The position numbers were made by a program, and so were the translations under genes. From positions 79,298,001 through 79,362,000 of the forward strand of contig NC_043003.1 of NCBI RefSeq assembly GCF_006345805.1: 64,000 bases of DNA, given 5' to 3'. Origin of the DNA: Octopus sinensis (Eukaryota). The notes beneath the pieces are model-generated. The model saw only the letters and a program-made list of their open reading frames with translations, had not been told where the DNA came from and made no database searches. Below, one piece after another: positions 38,390 to 50,349 of this stretch (its first letter is position 1; each line of letters opens with the position of its first letter).

Positions 38390-38483
38390 CTCCAAAGTTT
38401 TGTAAAAGTTTCTTGGTGCCAACACTCAAGCCATAACACGGAGACAGAGTAAGTAAAGCCAAGAAGATGAGGTGAGATGCCAT
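38390..38483 (-). CDS. Gene A coding exon 1: signal peptide of an uncharacterised secreted/precursor protein (MASHLIFLALLTLSPCYGLSVGTKKLLQNFG)
   Basis: ATG at 38483 in GCCATGG context; hydrophobic core ending CYG (signal-peptide-like); donor GGAG|GTCAGT, phase 1, matches the phase-1 acceptor at 21097 (G+AA=Glu). Too short for the ORF track. Confidence 0.8.
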
Positions 38484-38699
38484 GGCAAATAATGAAGCTG
38501 TCGGATATATTAACAGCGACACGTCTCTAAAACAGAGCAAACTGTTTTATAATATTTACACGCTGGTTTTTTCTCTACATTAACTACAATATCAACATTA
38601 ATGTCGATATATACACTGTAGCCTAACAGGCTAATTACACTTGGCTTCCAACACTTGCACAAGATTCAGAATCATCCATACTATTGTTATATTGATTTA

Positions 38700-38765
38700 A
38701 TTAAGAGACGGTATTGACCAATCAGAAAGCAGCTTTCATCTGAATTCGTCTTCCACTTCCTTTGT
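38700..38765 (-). promoter_or_regulatory. Putative promoter of gene A: NF-Y-type CCAAT box and ETS-like GGAAGTG
   Basis: GACCAATCAG at 38716-38725 and CACTTCC near 38754-38760; 37.2-38.9 kb retains more CpG than the flanks; ~230-280 bp upstream of the ATG. Confidence 0.45.
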
Positions 38766-39316
38766 AGTGTAATTTATGAAGTGCGTGGGTTCGAATTTTG
38801 TGTGATCTCTGATATCCTTTTTAATTGCTCTTCGTCGAAAAATACGTTTTTATCTTAATCCACGGGAAATTAATTTTATTATATATATGTATGTAAGATA
38901 AAATAATACTGTTATGGCTGAACTGTGAGAATTAATAATAAAATCGTGTTTTTTCCATGTACGTTACACACCTGTAAGAACCAGGAGCCTAATCTACACA
39001 CTTTTACAGGCACAAAATCATTTTCTCTGTGTGTGTATTTATACACACTCTTTCACACGCACACACACAAATATATATATATTAAAATTAAAATGAGGGT
39101 GAAAAATTGGATATTAATTTGATAACATCAATTTCTGATGTTTGCTAAATTTTCTAGAGAACAATTCTTAGTGGTAAGACCATAGCAGATCTTCTAGTGT
39201 AAGGGTTTCCGCATAGTGGTAATTCACTCTTATATGTATATATATATATATATTGTTTATAGAAATACATACATCTGGAGGAGGAGAAGCATACTCTAAG
39301 ATGTAGAGCAGTTAAT

Positions 39317-39550
39317 ATTATAATGGAAGAGGCTGGTTTATGGCATTACCCTGCATTTCTCACTCATAAGGGGTTTAGCCTTACAGCATATCTTCAAACC
39401 CCAAACACTACTGGCCTAAAACCTCTTCAAAATATCTCAGAAGTCTTAGGCTACCAGTGTTGGGGTCTGAAGATATGCCATAGGGCTAAACTCCTTATGA
39501 GCGAGAAAGCCAGAGTAACCCCATAAACAACCGGCCTCCCACATTATAAT
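39317..39550. repeat. Foldback (MITE-like) element with ~105-bp arms
   Basis: ATTATAATG...CTCATAAGGGGTTTAGCC...CATATCTTCAAACCCCAA mirrored by TTGGGGTCTGAAGATATG...GGCTAAACTCCTTATGAG...CATTATAAT. Confidence 0.75.
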
Positions 39551-40253
39551 ATATATATATATATCATCATCATCATCATCATCGTTTAGCGTCCGTTTTC
39601 CATGCTAGCATGGGTTGGACGGTTCTACTGGGGTCTGTGAAGCCAGAAGGCTTCATCAGGCCCAGTCAAATCTGGCAGTGTTTCTACGGCTGGATGCCCT
39701 TCCTAACGCCAACCACTCCGTCAGTGTAGTGGGTGCTTTTTACGTGCCACCCGCACAGGTGCCAGACAGAGCTGGCAAATGGCCACGAACTGATGGTGCT
39801 TTTTATGTGCCACCGGCACGAGGGCCAGGTGAGGCTGGCAACGGACACAAACGGATGGTGCTTTTTACGTGCCACCGGCACAAGGCCAGTCGGGGCAGCG
39901 CTGGCAACGGTTGCGAAACGGAAGGTTCTCTTACATGCCACCGGCACTGGTAACACATCTGCAATTTCCATTGATCGATTTCGATTCTGATATATATATA
40001 TTCTTTTATTTGTTTCAATCAATTTGACTGTGGCCATGCTGGAGCAACGCCTTGAGAGATTTTAGTTGACTAAATTGACTCCAGGACTTATTTTTTAATA
40101 CTAATACTTATTCTCTTGGTCTCTTTTACCAACCTGCTAGGTTACAAGGAAGTAAAAGCATCAACACCAGTTGTGTTGTCAAGTAGTGATGGGGAAGACC
40201 AAATACAGACACATAGTCACACACACATATATACATACATACACATATATATC

Positions 40254-40297
<44 letters not shown>

Positions 40298-40800
40298 GTG
40301 AATGGAAGAAATGGAGTTGAACGAAGATTGTACAGAATTCCTTTTATTACATTCTACACATGTTATATATATATATATATATATATACAAATTGAGATAG
40401 GGGTTGTAAATGCAACCCTCCATGGGATAACATATCCAATATACTGCTAGTGAAGTACCCAACAAAGTTAATACATAAATGTCAATGATTGCGATGCAAT
40501 CAATTCATTTACTGTATTATATGAGCAAAGGTAAAATGATTTACCACAAATTACTAATACAAGATAAGAAAATGGAGAAATACATCTAAATCAAATATCA
40601 ATTACCAGATAATACTCAATCACATACTTTATTAAACCACCACATAAGAGACTATAGGGTTAGATATAAAAAGCAGAACAAATCAGTGTACATAAAGGAA
40701 TGTACATAAAAAAGTGTACATAAAAAAGTAATGTTGTATAATAAGTAGAATATATATAAAAGAGAATATAAATATAAGTAAATATAAATATAAGTATAGA

Positions 40801-40934
40801 TTACATCTTACAGCTGTTTCGGCCATGTAGATAAGTATGTCTCATTTTACCAATATTAGCCCTTTATGGTAGGTCAATATATAGAAATGAGACATTTACA
40901 AAAATATCATAAGGCCTCTTCGGAGATTATGTAA
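40801..40934 (-). ncRNA. Type-I hammerhead motif with extended loop II inside a Penelope-pLTR-like repeat (about 40390-41560)
   Basis: Minus strand: ttacataatct-CCGAAGA-GGCC...(~90 nt with hairpin atgtctcattt/aaatgagacat)...GGCC-GAAA-CAGCTG-TA^-agatgtaa; stem I is 4+4 bp with a 3-nt bulge. Confidence 0.6.
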
Positions 40935-42000
40935 TATAAATCAGTCTACATATATACCCACATGGGTGTGGGTGCATACCCATAATACAACATATACATA
41001 TACATATGAGTGCATATATTCACACTCTTATACATAATGATATAAGTAAATAATATAAATTAGTAAACATATATATGTGTTCCACATCCAATGTCTCAGT
41101 TTTTCGACTTAATATTGTGATAATAAACATACACAAATTAGTACCTAGATGCAAATATACATAGTCAATAGTACATTATATTGCTTCATACTAATTTCTA
41201 AAGTGTCATTAAAGTTAGCATCATTATCGTTGTCAATACCATTAATGTTATCATTATTATTATTCATAATATTATTAATAACGCTTACATTAGGATCCAG
41301 AGCGGTATATATGTATGTCCGGGTTCCAGTTAGTAATTTTCCTTATGACATAAATACACTATTGGATTTGAATTTAAAATTATATATGTCCGGGTTCCAG
41401 TTAGTAATTTTCCTTATGACATAAATACACTATTGGATTTGAATTTAAAATTATCATTATCTTCCGCACGGTTGGTCAATTGAGAGCCGCCCGACCTCCA
41501 CCACACCGCACAAGCAAAACATACACATCCACATCTAACCCTAAACCCACACATCCACATGGAAACTCACACACACATGAATACACCCCTACACCTCTCT
41601 ACACATTCACTAAATTGCAAAGTGCATGTCTGTCATCACATGGCTTATAGACAAATCAGTACAGGCAGCAGTGTCTAACACTAACACACACACTCACATG
41701 TACATCCGCATATACGCATAAATATTAATACACTTTCCTATACTGTGTCAGGGAACTTTCGCACACACATATATATATATTTAAATATATATCTGCGCAC
41801 TCATACGTACAAATAAAACCTATATTTATATCCACCCATGAATAAATATTCGCACATACATTTATACACATCCAAGTACGCACCTGCGTGCTCATATGTG
41901 TGATAAAAACGCACATCCGTACATCCACCCACTATCATACCTATATGAACAAAAACATATATACGTACACATACACATTTTCACATACCTACAGAAATTG

Positions 42001-42040
<40 letters not shown>

Positions 42041-42049
<9 letters not shown>

Positions 42050-42192
42050 TATTTTTGATAAGGTTCGTTTTTTCAAGAACCGAAACAGTAAAATTCATAA
42101 GAAAATTAAAATTTATCTAATATAGTGGCGTTTTCAAACTTCTTTTTTACAAATATATACCCACTCATATACGATCTACTCTTATTATAAAT

Positions 42193-42223
<31 letters not shown>

Positions 42224-42369
42224 TACATATAATATTTTTGATAAGGTTCGTTTTTTCAAGAACCGAAACATGTAAAATTCATAAGAAAATTAAAATTTAT
42301 CTAATATAGTGGCGTTTTCAAACTTCTTTTTTACAAATATATACCCACTCATATACGATCTACTCTTAT

Positions 42370-42380
<11 letters not shown>
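42041..42380 (+). ncRNA. Tandem dimer (183-bp period) of a minimal type-I hammerhead-ribozyme-containing unit (retrozyme-like)
   Basis: Copy 2 reads ATTT-TTGATAA-GGTTC(gttttttcaa)GAACC-GAAA-CATG-TA^-AAAT (42234-42278); copy 1 (42051-42094) is the same but lacks one T in stem III. Units are separated by (TA)n. Confidence 0.7.
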
Positions 42381-42428
<48 letters not shown>

Positions 42429-42557
42429 GATGGCTTTCTTTCAATTTCCGTCTACCAAATCCCCTTAGAAGGGTTTGGTCAGCCCAAGGTTGTTGTAGAA
42501 GACACCTGCCTAAGGTGTTACACAGTGGGGCTGAACTCTCTCTCTCTCTCTCACACA

Positions 42558-42632
<75 letters not shown>

Positions 42633-42636
<4 letters not shown>

Positions 42637-44025
42637 TTGGCCTTTGTTGACTAGAAGAAGGCCTTCAACAGGGTCCCCTGATCCCTTATCTGGTGGTCAA
42701 TGCAGAAACTAAGGATAGACGAGTGGTTGGTGGGAACTGTACAAGCTATGTACAGGGATGCTACCAGTTAGGTGAGGGTTGGCAATGAGTACAGCAAAGA
42801 ATTCAGGGTACAAGTAGGTATTCACCAAAGTTCGGTGCTCATCCGCCTCTTGTTCATCATAGTCCTCCAGGCACTAACAGAGGGATTCCTGAGAGCTCCT
42901 CTATGCTGATGACCTTGTGCTTATAGCTGAATCACTACCTGAACTAGATAAGTTCCAGGTATGGAAGGAAGGTCTAGAATCGAAGGGCCTTAGGGTTAAC
43001 CTAGCAAAAACCAAAGCCTTAGTAAGTAGAAGGCAGACAAATCCCTTCAGGTAGATGGCTCTGCTTAATCTGTAGTAAGGGTGTATGTAGTAACTCCATA
43101 ATATGCACCTAGTGTAAGCTTTGAACACATAAAAGGTGCAGCAATATCAGAGGAAGGTTAACAGGGAAAATAACTTTTGTATGTGGAAGGTGCACCGGTA
43201 CAATAAATGCTGAAAATGTGCAGAAAATAGACTCCATCAACTGCCAGGGGAGCAAGCTAGATGTAGTAGATAGCTTCAGTTATCTAGGTGACCAAGTTAG
43301 TAGTGGAGGGGGATGCTCCGAGAGCATAGCTATGAGAATAAGATTAGGTGGGCAAACTGCAGAGAGCTCCTACCTCTGCTGGCAACAAAAGGCCTCTCTC
43401 TCAGAGTGAAAGGCAGAGTATACGATGCCTGTGTGCAAACAGCCATGCTACATGGCAATGAAACATCGGCTTTGACAGCCAAGGACATGCATAGGCTTGA
43501 AATAAAAGAATCTAGTATGCTTTGCTGGATGTGCAATATCAGTGTGCATGTTCGACAAAGTGTAAGCATAAGAAGCATTAGATGTGGTGTACAAGAGAGA
43601 TGACTGCACTGGTATGGTCATTTATTGTGTATGGACGAGGACAGCTGTGTAAAGAAGTGCCAATCTCTAACTGTGAAGGGAACCTGTGGTAGAGGTAGAC
43701 TCAGGAAGACATGGGACGAAGTGGTGAAGCAGGATCTTCGAAATTTGAGCCTCACAGAGGCAATGACAAGTGACCAAAACCATTGGTAATATTCTTTGCT
43801 TGAGAAGACCCGTCAAGCCAAGTGAAATCATAGTCATGGCTGATTCTGGTGGCATGTAAAAGAATCCATTACACTCTTTGAGTGGTTGGCATTAGGAAGG
43901 GAATCCAACCATAGAAAACTATGCCAAATCAGACTGGAGTTTGGCACGGCTTACCAGCCGTGGTCAAACCATCCAACCCATGCTGGTATGGACAATGGAC
44001 ATTAAATGATGGTGATAATGATGCA
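42633..44025 (+). mobile_element. RTE-clade LINE, 5'-truncated and degenerate, with intact 3' UTR and (GAT)n-like tail
   Basis: Degenerate RT motifs LAFVD.KKAFNRVP, VGIHQ.SVL, ELLYADDLVLIAE; C-terminal YDACVQTAMLHGNET and GRGRLRKTWDEVVKQDL; 3' UTR shared with many short copies. Confidence 0.92.
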
Positions 44026-45580
44026 CACACACACACACACACACACACATGCACACAAATATATATGAATGTATATATGTACACAACACATACAAGAATT
44101 ATATTTTTGTTACACATAATGTACACATGCATATATGAGGGGAAATATTCTTTCATTTTGTGAATATAAACTGAAAGTGAGAAATACTGACACTATTTGA
44201 TGATTTCCAAGTGAATGTAGCAAATAGACATTGTGACCATCCACCTTTTTTTCTTTTTTCCTTTCCAAAATGTCTTTGGGTACCTGTTTTCAGTAACAGA
44301 GTTTTGGAGATTAAGATTTTGCCAACAGAAAAAGAAAAAGTATGACAGCATTTCAAATCTTCTCCCTAACACCAATATTTTGCTTTTAAACTTTACAATT
44401 TTTTTTTTCCTTTTTTGTTTGTTTGTTTGTTTAGGAGAGTATTCTACATTTAAAAAATACTAAGGTAAAAATATTCTTTAAAAATTTTATTTTCAAAATA
44501 TCAATATTGATTGCATATAGGCAACTGAGTAGACCTATGATCCAACCCATTCCATTGTGACCATCCTATATTTGTAGATTTATGTAGGAATACAGTATTT
44601 AATACATCCTTTCATTATTTACCACAATTGTAGGGAAATTAGGTTGCTATTTCTAGCAGGCTAATCAATACTTCGAGGTTTTCTCTTAAGCAAGATGTTT
44701 TTCCCCAGTGATTACCACAGCAATAGTGTCATTAACTGTTGCAATGTCAAGAAGACACTTCAGAAAGGAGCAATTATAGACATCAAATTGATGAATTTGA
44801 TGAACCAAGTCATCAAAGTGGTGGTGAGTAACAGTACACCTAATTAGGGAGATAATTAACTTAGATCATTTCAATTTCAACATTTCAATTCTAAGATAAC
44901 ATTATTATACTTCTGTCAACAGTGGGAGAAAACTCAACTTAATTACTCCACTCATGTGATCCAATAAAGGAGCCTGTATTATGGGTAGTCAAACTTGCAA
45001 GAAATAGCATCTAAATCTTCAAAGCATGTCCTTCTGTAATAGAAGGGAAGGACATGTTGCATAATGTGATTTTGGGTTACCATGAGAAAAACAGGATGGT
45101 CACATCTTGAACAGTTTTGATTTCATTAAGAAACAAATGATAATTTTTTTTTTCCTATTACAGGCATGGAAATTATCATTTTCTACTAAATTGTTGATGC
45201 TGAATCCAGATCTGATAATCAAATTTCTGTATCGCATCCAAATTTTGTATAACCAAGTCCCCAACACACCATTTTCATTCCCTTTCCCATCTTGGCTTCC
45301 ATTGCATAAAAAGATGTTAATTCTCTTATGCTAGTCATCATCTGTATCATCTTCATTGTAACAGCTTCTTTTCCATGCTTGCATGGGTTGGATGGAGTTT
45401 TATTGAGGCAGATTTTGTTTTTTTTTATAGCTGATTACCCTCCCTGCCAACAGCACTCACTTGTTTCCAAACAAGGTAATATTTTCCCATAGCTGGAAAT
45501 CACATATATGACACTCACTCCATCTAGTCTTCTGTAACAATATAATATTCTTCTGATCTATTCTTTTTTCACACTGAGGA

Positions 45581-45652
45581 GAACGGTAATATGTAATTAA
45601 TTTGATTATAATTATAATCAAATTAATTTTTTACATGTTAATATTACCGTTC
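45581..45652. repeat. Perfect 34-bp AT palindrome within 12-bp outer arms
   Basis: AATTAATTTGATTATAA|TTATAATCAAATTAATT (45595-45628); GAACGGTAATAT/ATATTACCGTTC. Confidence 0.85.
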
Positions 45653-47509
45653 AAAATGATCGTATGCATAGATTAAAATTTTATAAAACTTTTAACACCT
45701 CCTCTCCATCTTTAATTGTTTGTTGAGTTTCTATAGAATACATGTTCCATAAATGCTCATGACACACCTTATACTTATATATATATATATGACAAATCCA
45801 TTCATAAGACTTTGGTTGGCCTAGGGTTATAGCAGAAGACACCTACCCAGGGTGTCACACAGTGGGGCTGAATCCAGAACTATGTGATTGGGAAGCAAAC
45901 TTTTTACCACACAGCCATACTTAAATAATATCAAAATTTGTCTTTCTTTCTTCTGACTAAGAGCAGACTGTAGAGTTTCACAGACAAAGCTACCATCCCA
46001 GTACCCAATCATCTAATCAATGTATGTAGATCATTAAGTCATTCCTGCTAAAAGGTATATTTCTATTGTGAAGTGAGACTTTGTTGTAGTCTCAACATTT
46101 GTTGTTTGTGGAATAAAAATCTCCCTTTGTACAGGAACCAACAATAATCACCCCTCATATTTCAGATGAAGTTCACTTGACATCTATTTTCTTTAATAGG
46201 GACCTGTAGGAAAATACTTACCATGCTCATTGTTTATATGCCCAATACTGGCAGGGAAGTAGTCAAGAACCTAAAGAATGGGATTAAATGAAACATCCTT
46301 CATCCCTTTCTCTTATAATGAGTTCAGCATGTAACCTCTGAGTGCATTTTAATTTTCAGTTTTGTCATTCCTAGTCTGAGGTCCTTGTATTTAGTGTAAT
46401 GAAGAATAATGAGTTGTAGATGACAACTATGGATATGAAGGTGAGTGCCAACACCAGCTTATAACTTTGCATCTGTCAGTATTCCATTGAATTTATCCTT
46501 TAAGTATTGATTTCAATTTTTGGCACAAGGCCAGCAATTTTGGGGAAAGAGATAAATTGATTACATCTACCCCAGCACTGAGCTCATGCTTATTTTATCA
46601 ACCCTGAAAAGAGGAAAAGCTAAGTTGACCTTGAGGACATTTGAGCTCAAAGCATGAAGATGTATGAAATGCTTCTAAGCGTTTTGCCCAGCAGGTAAAC
46701 GATTCTGCCAGCTCATCAATATATTTGTCCTTTAAATATTGGTTTCAAGTTTTGGCATGAGGCCAGCAATTTCAAAGGAAGGCATAAGTCGATTACATCT
46801 ACCCCAGCACTCAGCTGTTACCTACCTTATTGAACTCAACTAGTACTTACCTTATTGACCGTGAAAAAATGAAAGGCAAAATCAACTTCAATGGAATTTG
46901 AACTCAGAGCATGGAGACAGATGAAATACCGTTAAGCAACTTGCCTGGTTTGCTAACATTTCAATTGACTCGCCACCTTTTTTATTCTTTAAATATTGGC
47001 AGCATTCCTTTAATGAACCATACCTTTCACACAATTCTGAGGCCAAGTTTGATGGGATGAGGATTCGTTTTAAGGTGATCAATCAGTACTGGTTGTTGCA
47101 CATTGCATTCACCAACACAGTCAGTTCTTGATTGCCAGTCGAGCTTTTTGTAACGGTTCTTTCCTGCTATTCCAGAGAAACAAGAGGCACATATATTTTG
47201 TCTTTCCAAGAAACAAAGATATAACTTTAAAAACACCACTAATATTTCATTCTCTGTTATCTTTTATCTTTTACTTGTTTCAGTCAGTAGACTGTGGCCA
47301 TGCTGGAGTATCACCTTGAAGAAGTTTTAGTTGAATGTCTTGATCCCAGCACTTATATTTTTAATCCTGGTTTTTATTCTATTGGTCTCTTGAAGAGCCT
47401 AAAGAAATTCTAACAGAAATTTATCAGACTTCAATAACATGCATCATTCTTTCTATGTTTTCCTGACAAGATTGATCTAAAATTACAAACAACTTATTGA
47501 CTGATATCA

Positions 47510-48545
47510 GAGAAGACATAAACATGGGTTTCATTCTTCTTTAGGTGTCATGTCCAGAATGTAGGACATTGGCAATCATGTCCTGCCACAATTCTCTGTT
47601 CTGTTTCATCAAGCTTGACATCCATATCACCCTTCTCCTTCCTCTGCTTATTTTTCCTTTCAATCTTTCTGGTTATTGCTAAATTCTCTAAGCCTTGTTT
47701 TCTCATTACATAACTAAAAAATCTCAGTTGCTTAGCCCTTATCCCATGAAACAATTCCCTATTACTGCAGCCCAGATCATCACTTCTTCATTAGATACTT
47801 TGTCCATTCTATCCTCAATATTCTCCTTAAAAACCACATTTCACAACTCTCCTAGCATTTTCTCATTCCTGATGTTACAGACCATTTCTCACTTCCATAC
47901 ATTAACATAGGGTAGATATAGCAGTTTGATATATGGACCTTGGTGGTGTTGATGCTCAAAGTACGGTTTCTCAAGACAAACAATTTTGAGAATGCAAATT
48001 TTACCTGCACTATTTTCTTTTGATCTCCTTCCCACAACTTGCATCTTCAGTGATCAAAGTTCCAAGTAAGTTGAAGGATGATACTTGCATAATGATTTGA
48101 TTGTTCACTTTGGACTTTCCTTCTCTGTAATCACCTTACACTCTGTCTTCTCTAACTACTCTTCTGATTCTGCAAGTAAGACAGTCATCTGCATATATTA
48201 TGTTTGTGATGTTTCTACCTTCTTGTGATCAATTTGCTATAATAATTGAAGAGATCTGGTAACATAACACAACCTTGTCTAACCCCTTTCCTAGTGCTAG
48301 TGTATTCACTGCATTCTCCATCCACCTTTATGCATCTGATTAGTTCCAATATAGACTCTGCAAAATTTGGAGGTCTTTCCCTTGCTGATCAAGGTTACTG
48401 AGTTCTTCAAATAACATATCATGTCTTACTTTGTCAAAGGACTATGTGCAAACCATGAAAAACACGAAGGCATCTTTTTGCATCTCCACCACCGGCTCTG
48501 TTATTATTGTCAATACAAAAATAGCATTCCTAATACCATTTAACA
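47510..48545 (-). mobile_element. RTE/BovB-like LINE fragment (third family)
   Basis: CYIYPMLMYGSEKW and IRAKQLRFFSYVMRKQGLENLAIT.KIE motifs; upstream degenerate RT sequence. Confidence 0.8.
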
Positions 48546-48576
48546 TGTGTGAAGATGTTATTCACTTAGAGAAATT

Positions 48577-49062
48577 TTAGTTTAAGTACCCCATACAACC
48601 CCTCATAATTTTTTTATTTTTTGGAATTTTCAGAAAATCTTTGTGAATTTGTATTATACACACAAGAATTCATATGATTATGAAGAAAAAAAAAAAAGAC
48701 AATTTAGCTGCTGTTTTTAGCAAATTTCACAATCACCTGATACTGTCCTCGTTTCTTTGTCACTCTAATATATAATGATGTTTTTCAATATTTTTCTCCC
48801 CATAAACATATTTAATGGAATGATGATGCACTTAAAGAGTGGTCTATTGCTGGATTTAGGCAAAAAATTCAGACTGTTCATATTTTAAAGTCTGATTTAA
48901 GAAAAAAAAAATTGAAAAACAGGGGAACTTTTAAGATTTGGGGAGGGGTTTAAAATTTTATCTTTTCATTTTCACATGAAACCCCGTATGTAGAACACAA
49001 ATTCACAAAAATTTTCAGAAAATTACAAAAAATAGAAAAGTTATATGGGGTGTTTAAACCAG
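48577..49062. mobile_element. MITE with ~80-bp terminal inverted repeats
   Basis: tttaagtaccccataca...ttttcagaaaatctttgtgaatttgta vs reverse complement of tagaacacaaattcacaaaaattttcagaaa...atatggggtgtttaaa. Confidence 0.7.
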
Positions 49063-49604
49063 AAACCCACCACTTAGTTTACTTAAGCCCTTCACTTCCT
49101 AAGGACTTTTCTTCATTGTTCTCCACTTAGGTTGGAGTCAGGAAAGGCATAATTATGGACACTGTGTCAAAACTGCAATGTCTGAGTGAAAATGATCCTC
49201 CAACTTGTATAGGAAGGCTGCAACTCCAATAAAAACTGACTTGGAGAGTTTAAGCCATGCCAACATGGAAAACAAATGTATGATGATGATGCATCCTAAA
49301 CTACATTTTTCAGTGTACACTCCTTCTTTTTATAAGACGGTAACTGTGGTTTGGAAGAGATTGGGCTGCTATCTCTAAAAAGTTGAACAACTGCATAGAG
49401 GTGCACTCACTGGCTCAATGATGATGAAGATGATGAAGGTGATGACGATGATGATTTTTTTTGTAAAAGGCACATCTGATATGTATTGGAAAACATTTTA
49501 TTAAATATAAGTTTTATCAAATACACAAAAAAATAAAATCACACATTTTAAATAAAAATTATAAACAATTCAGAGAACAATATATGTATATATATATATA
49601 TATA

Positions 49605-50290
49605 TTGGCCTCCGTGCTGTGGGCACGTAACAAACACCATCCGATTGTGGCCGTTCGCCAGCCTCATCTGGCACCTGTGTCGGTGGCACATAAAAACACC
49701 ATCCGAAGACCCGGCAAGACTAGTCAGGCCATAACCTGTGGCCCCTACCTGGGACGTAGTCAGTCCACCTGTGCATACCTTCCTTCTTGTGACACTTGTG
49801 AAGACCTGTTGAGGCAAGTGAAAATCAAAACAAATCAAAATAGATGAACATCAATGGAATTTGTATCTTTGTGGTACCAGTGCCGGTGGCACATGGCACA
49901 CAAGAAAACCATCCGAACGTGGCCGTAGCCAGTACCGCATCGACTGGCCTCCGTGCTGTGGGCACGTAACAAACACCATCCGATCGTGGCCGTTTTCCAG
50001 CCTCATCTGGCACCTGTGTCGGTGGCACATAAAAACACCATCCGAGCATGGCCGTCTGCCAGCCTCGTCTGGCACCTGTGTCGGTGGCACATAAAAAAAC
50101 ACCATCCGAGCGTGGCCGTTTGCCAGCCTCGTCTAGCACCTGTGTCGGTGGCACATAAAATCACCCACTACACTCTTGGAGTGGTTGGCGTTAGGAAGGG
50201 CATCCAGCTGTAGAAACACTGCCAGATCTGACTGAACCGTCCAACCCATGCTAGCATGGAAAGCGGACGTTAAATGAAGATGATGATGAT
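49605..50290 (+). repeat. RTE 3' end with longer (~55-bp) minisatellite units
   Basis: CACCATCCGA.CGTGGCCG...GGCACCTGTGTCGGTGGCACATAAAA repeats, then the conserved tail. Related short tails at 1-240, 6560-6900, 14490-14780, 26860-27080, 31120-31420, 34995-35185, 39563-39990, 58030-58378, 62050-62320. Confidence 0.85.
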
Positions 50291-50349
50291 ACATATATAT
50301 ATAGATATATATATAATGGAATAATTACTATGAAGCATTGTGTAGAATA

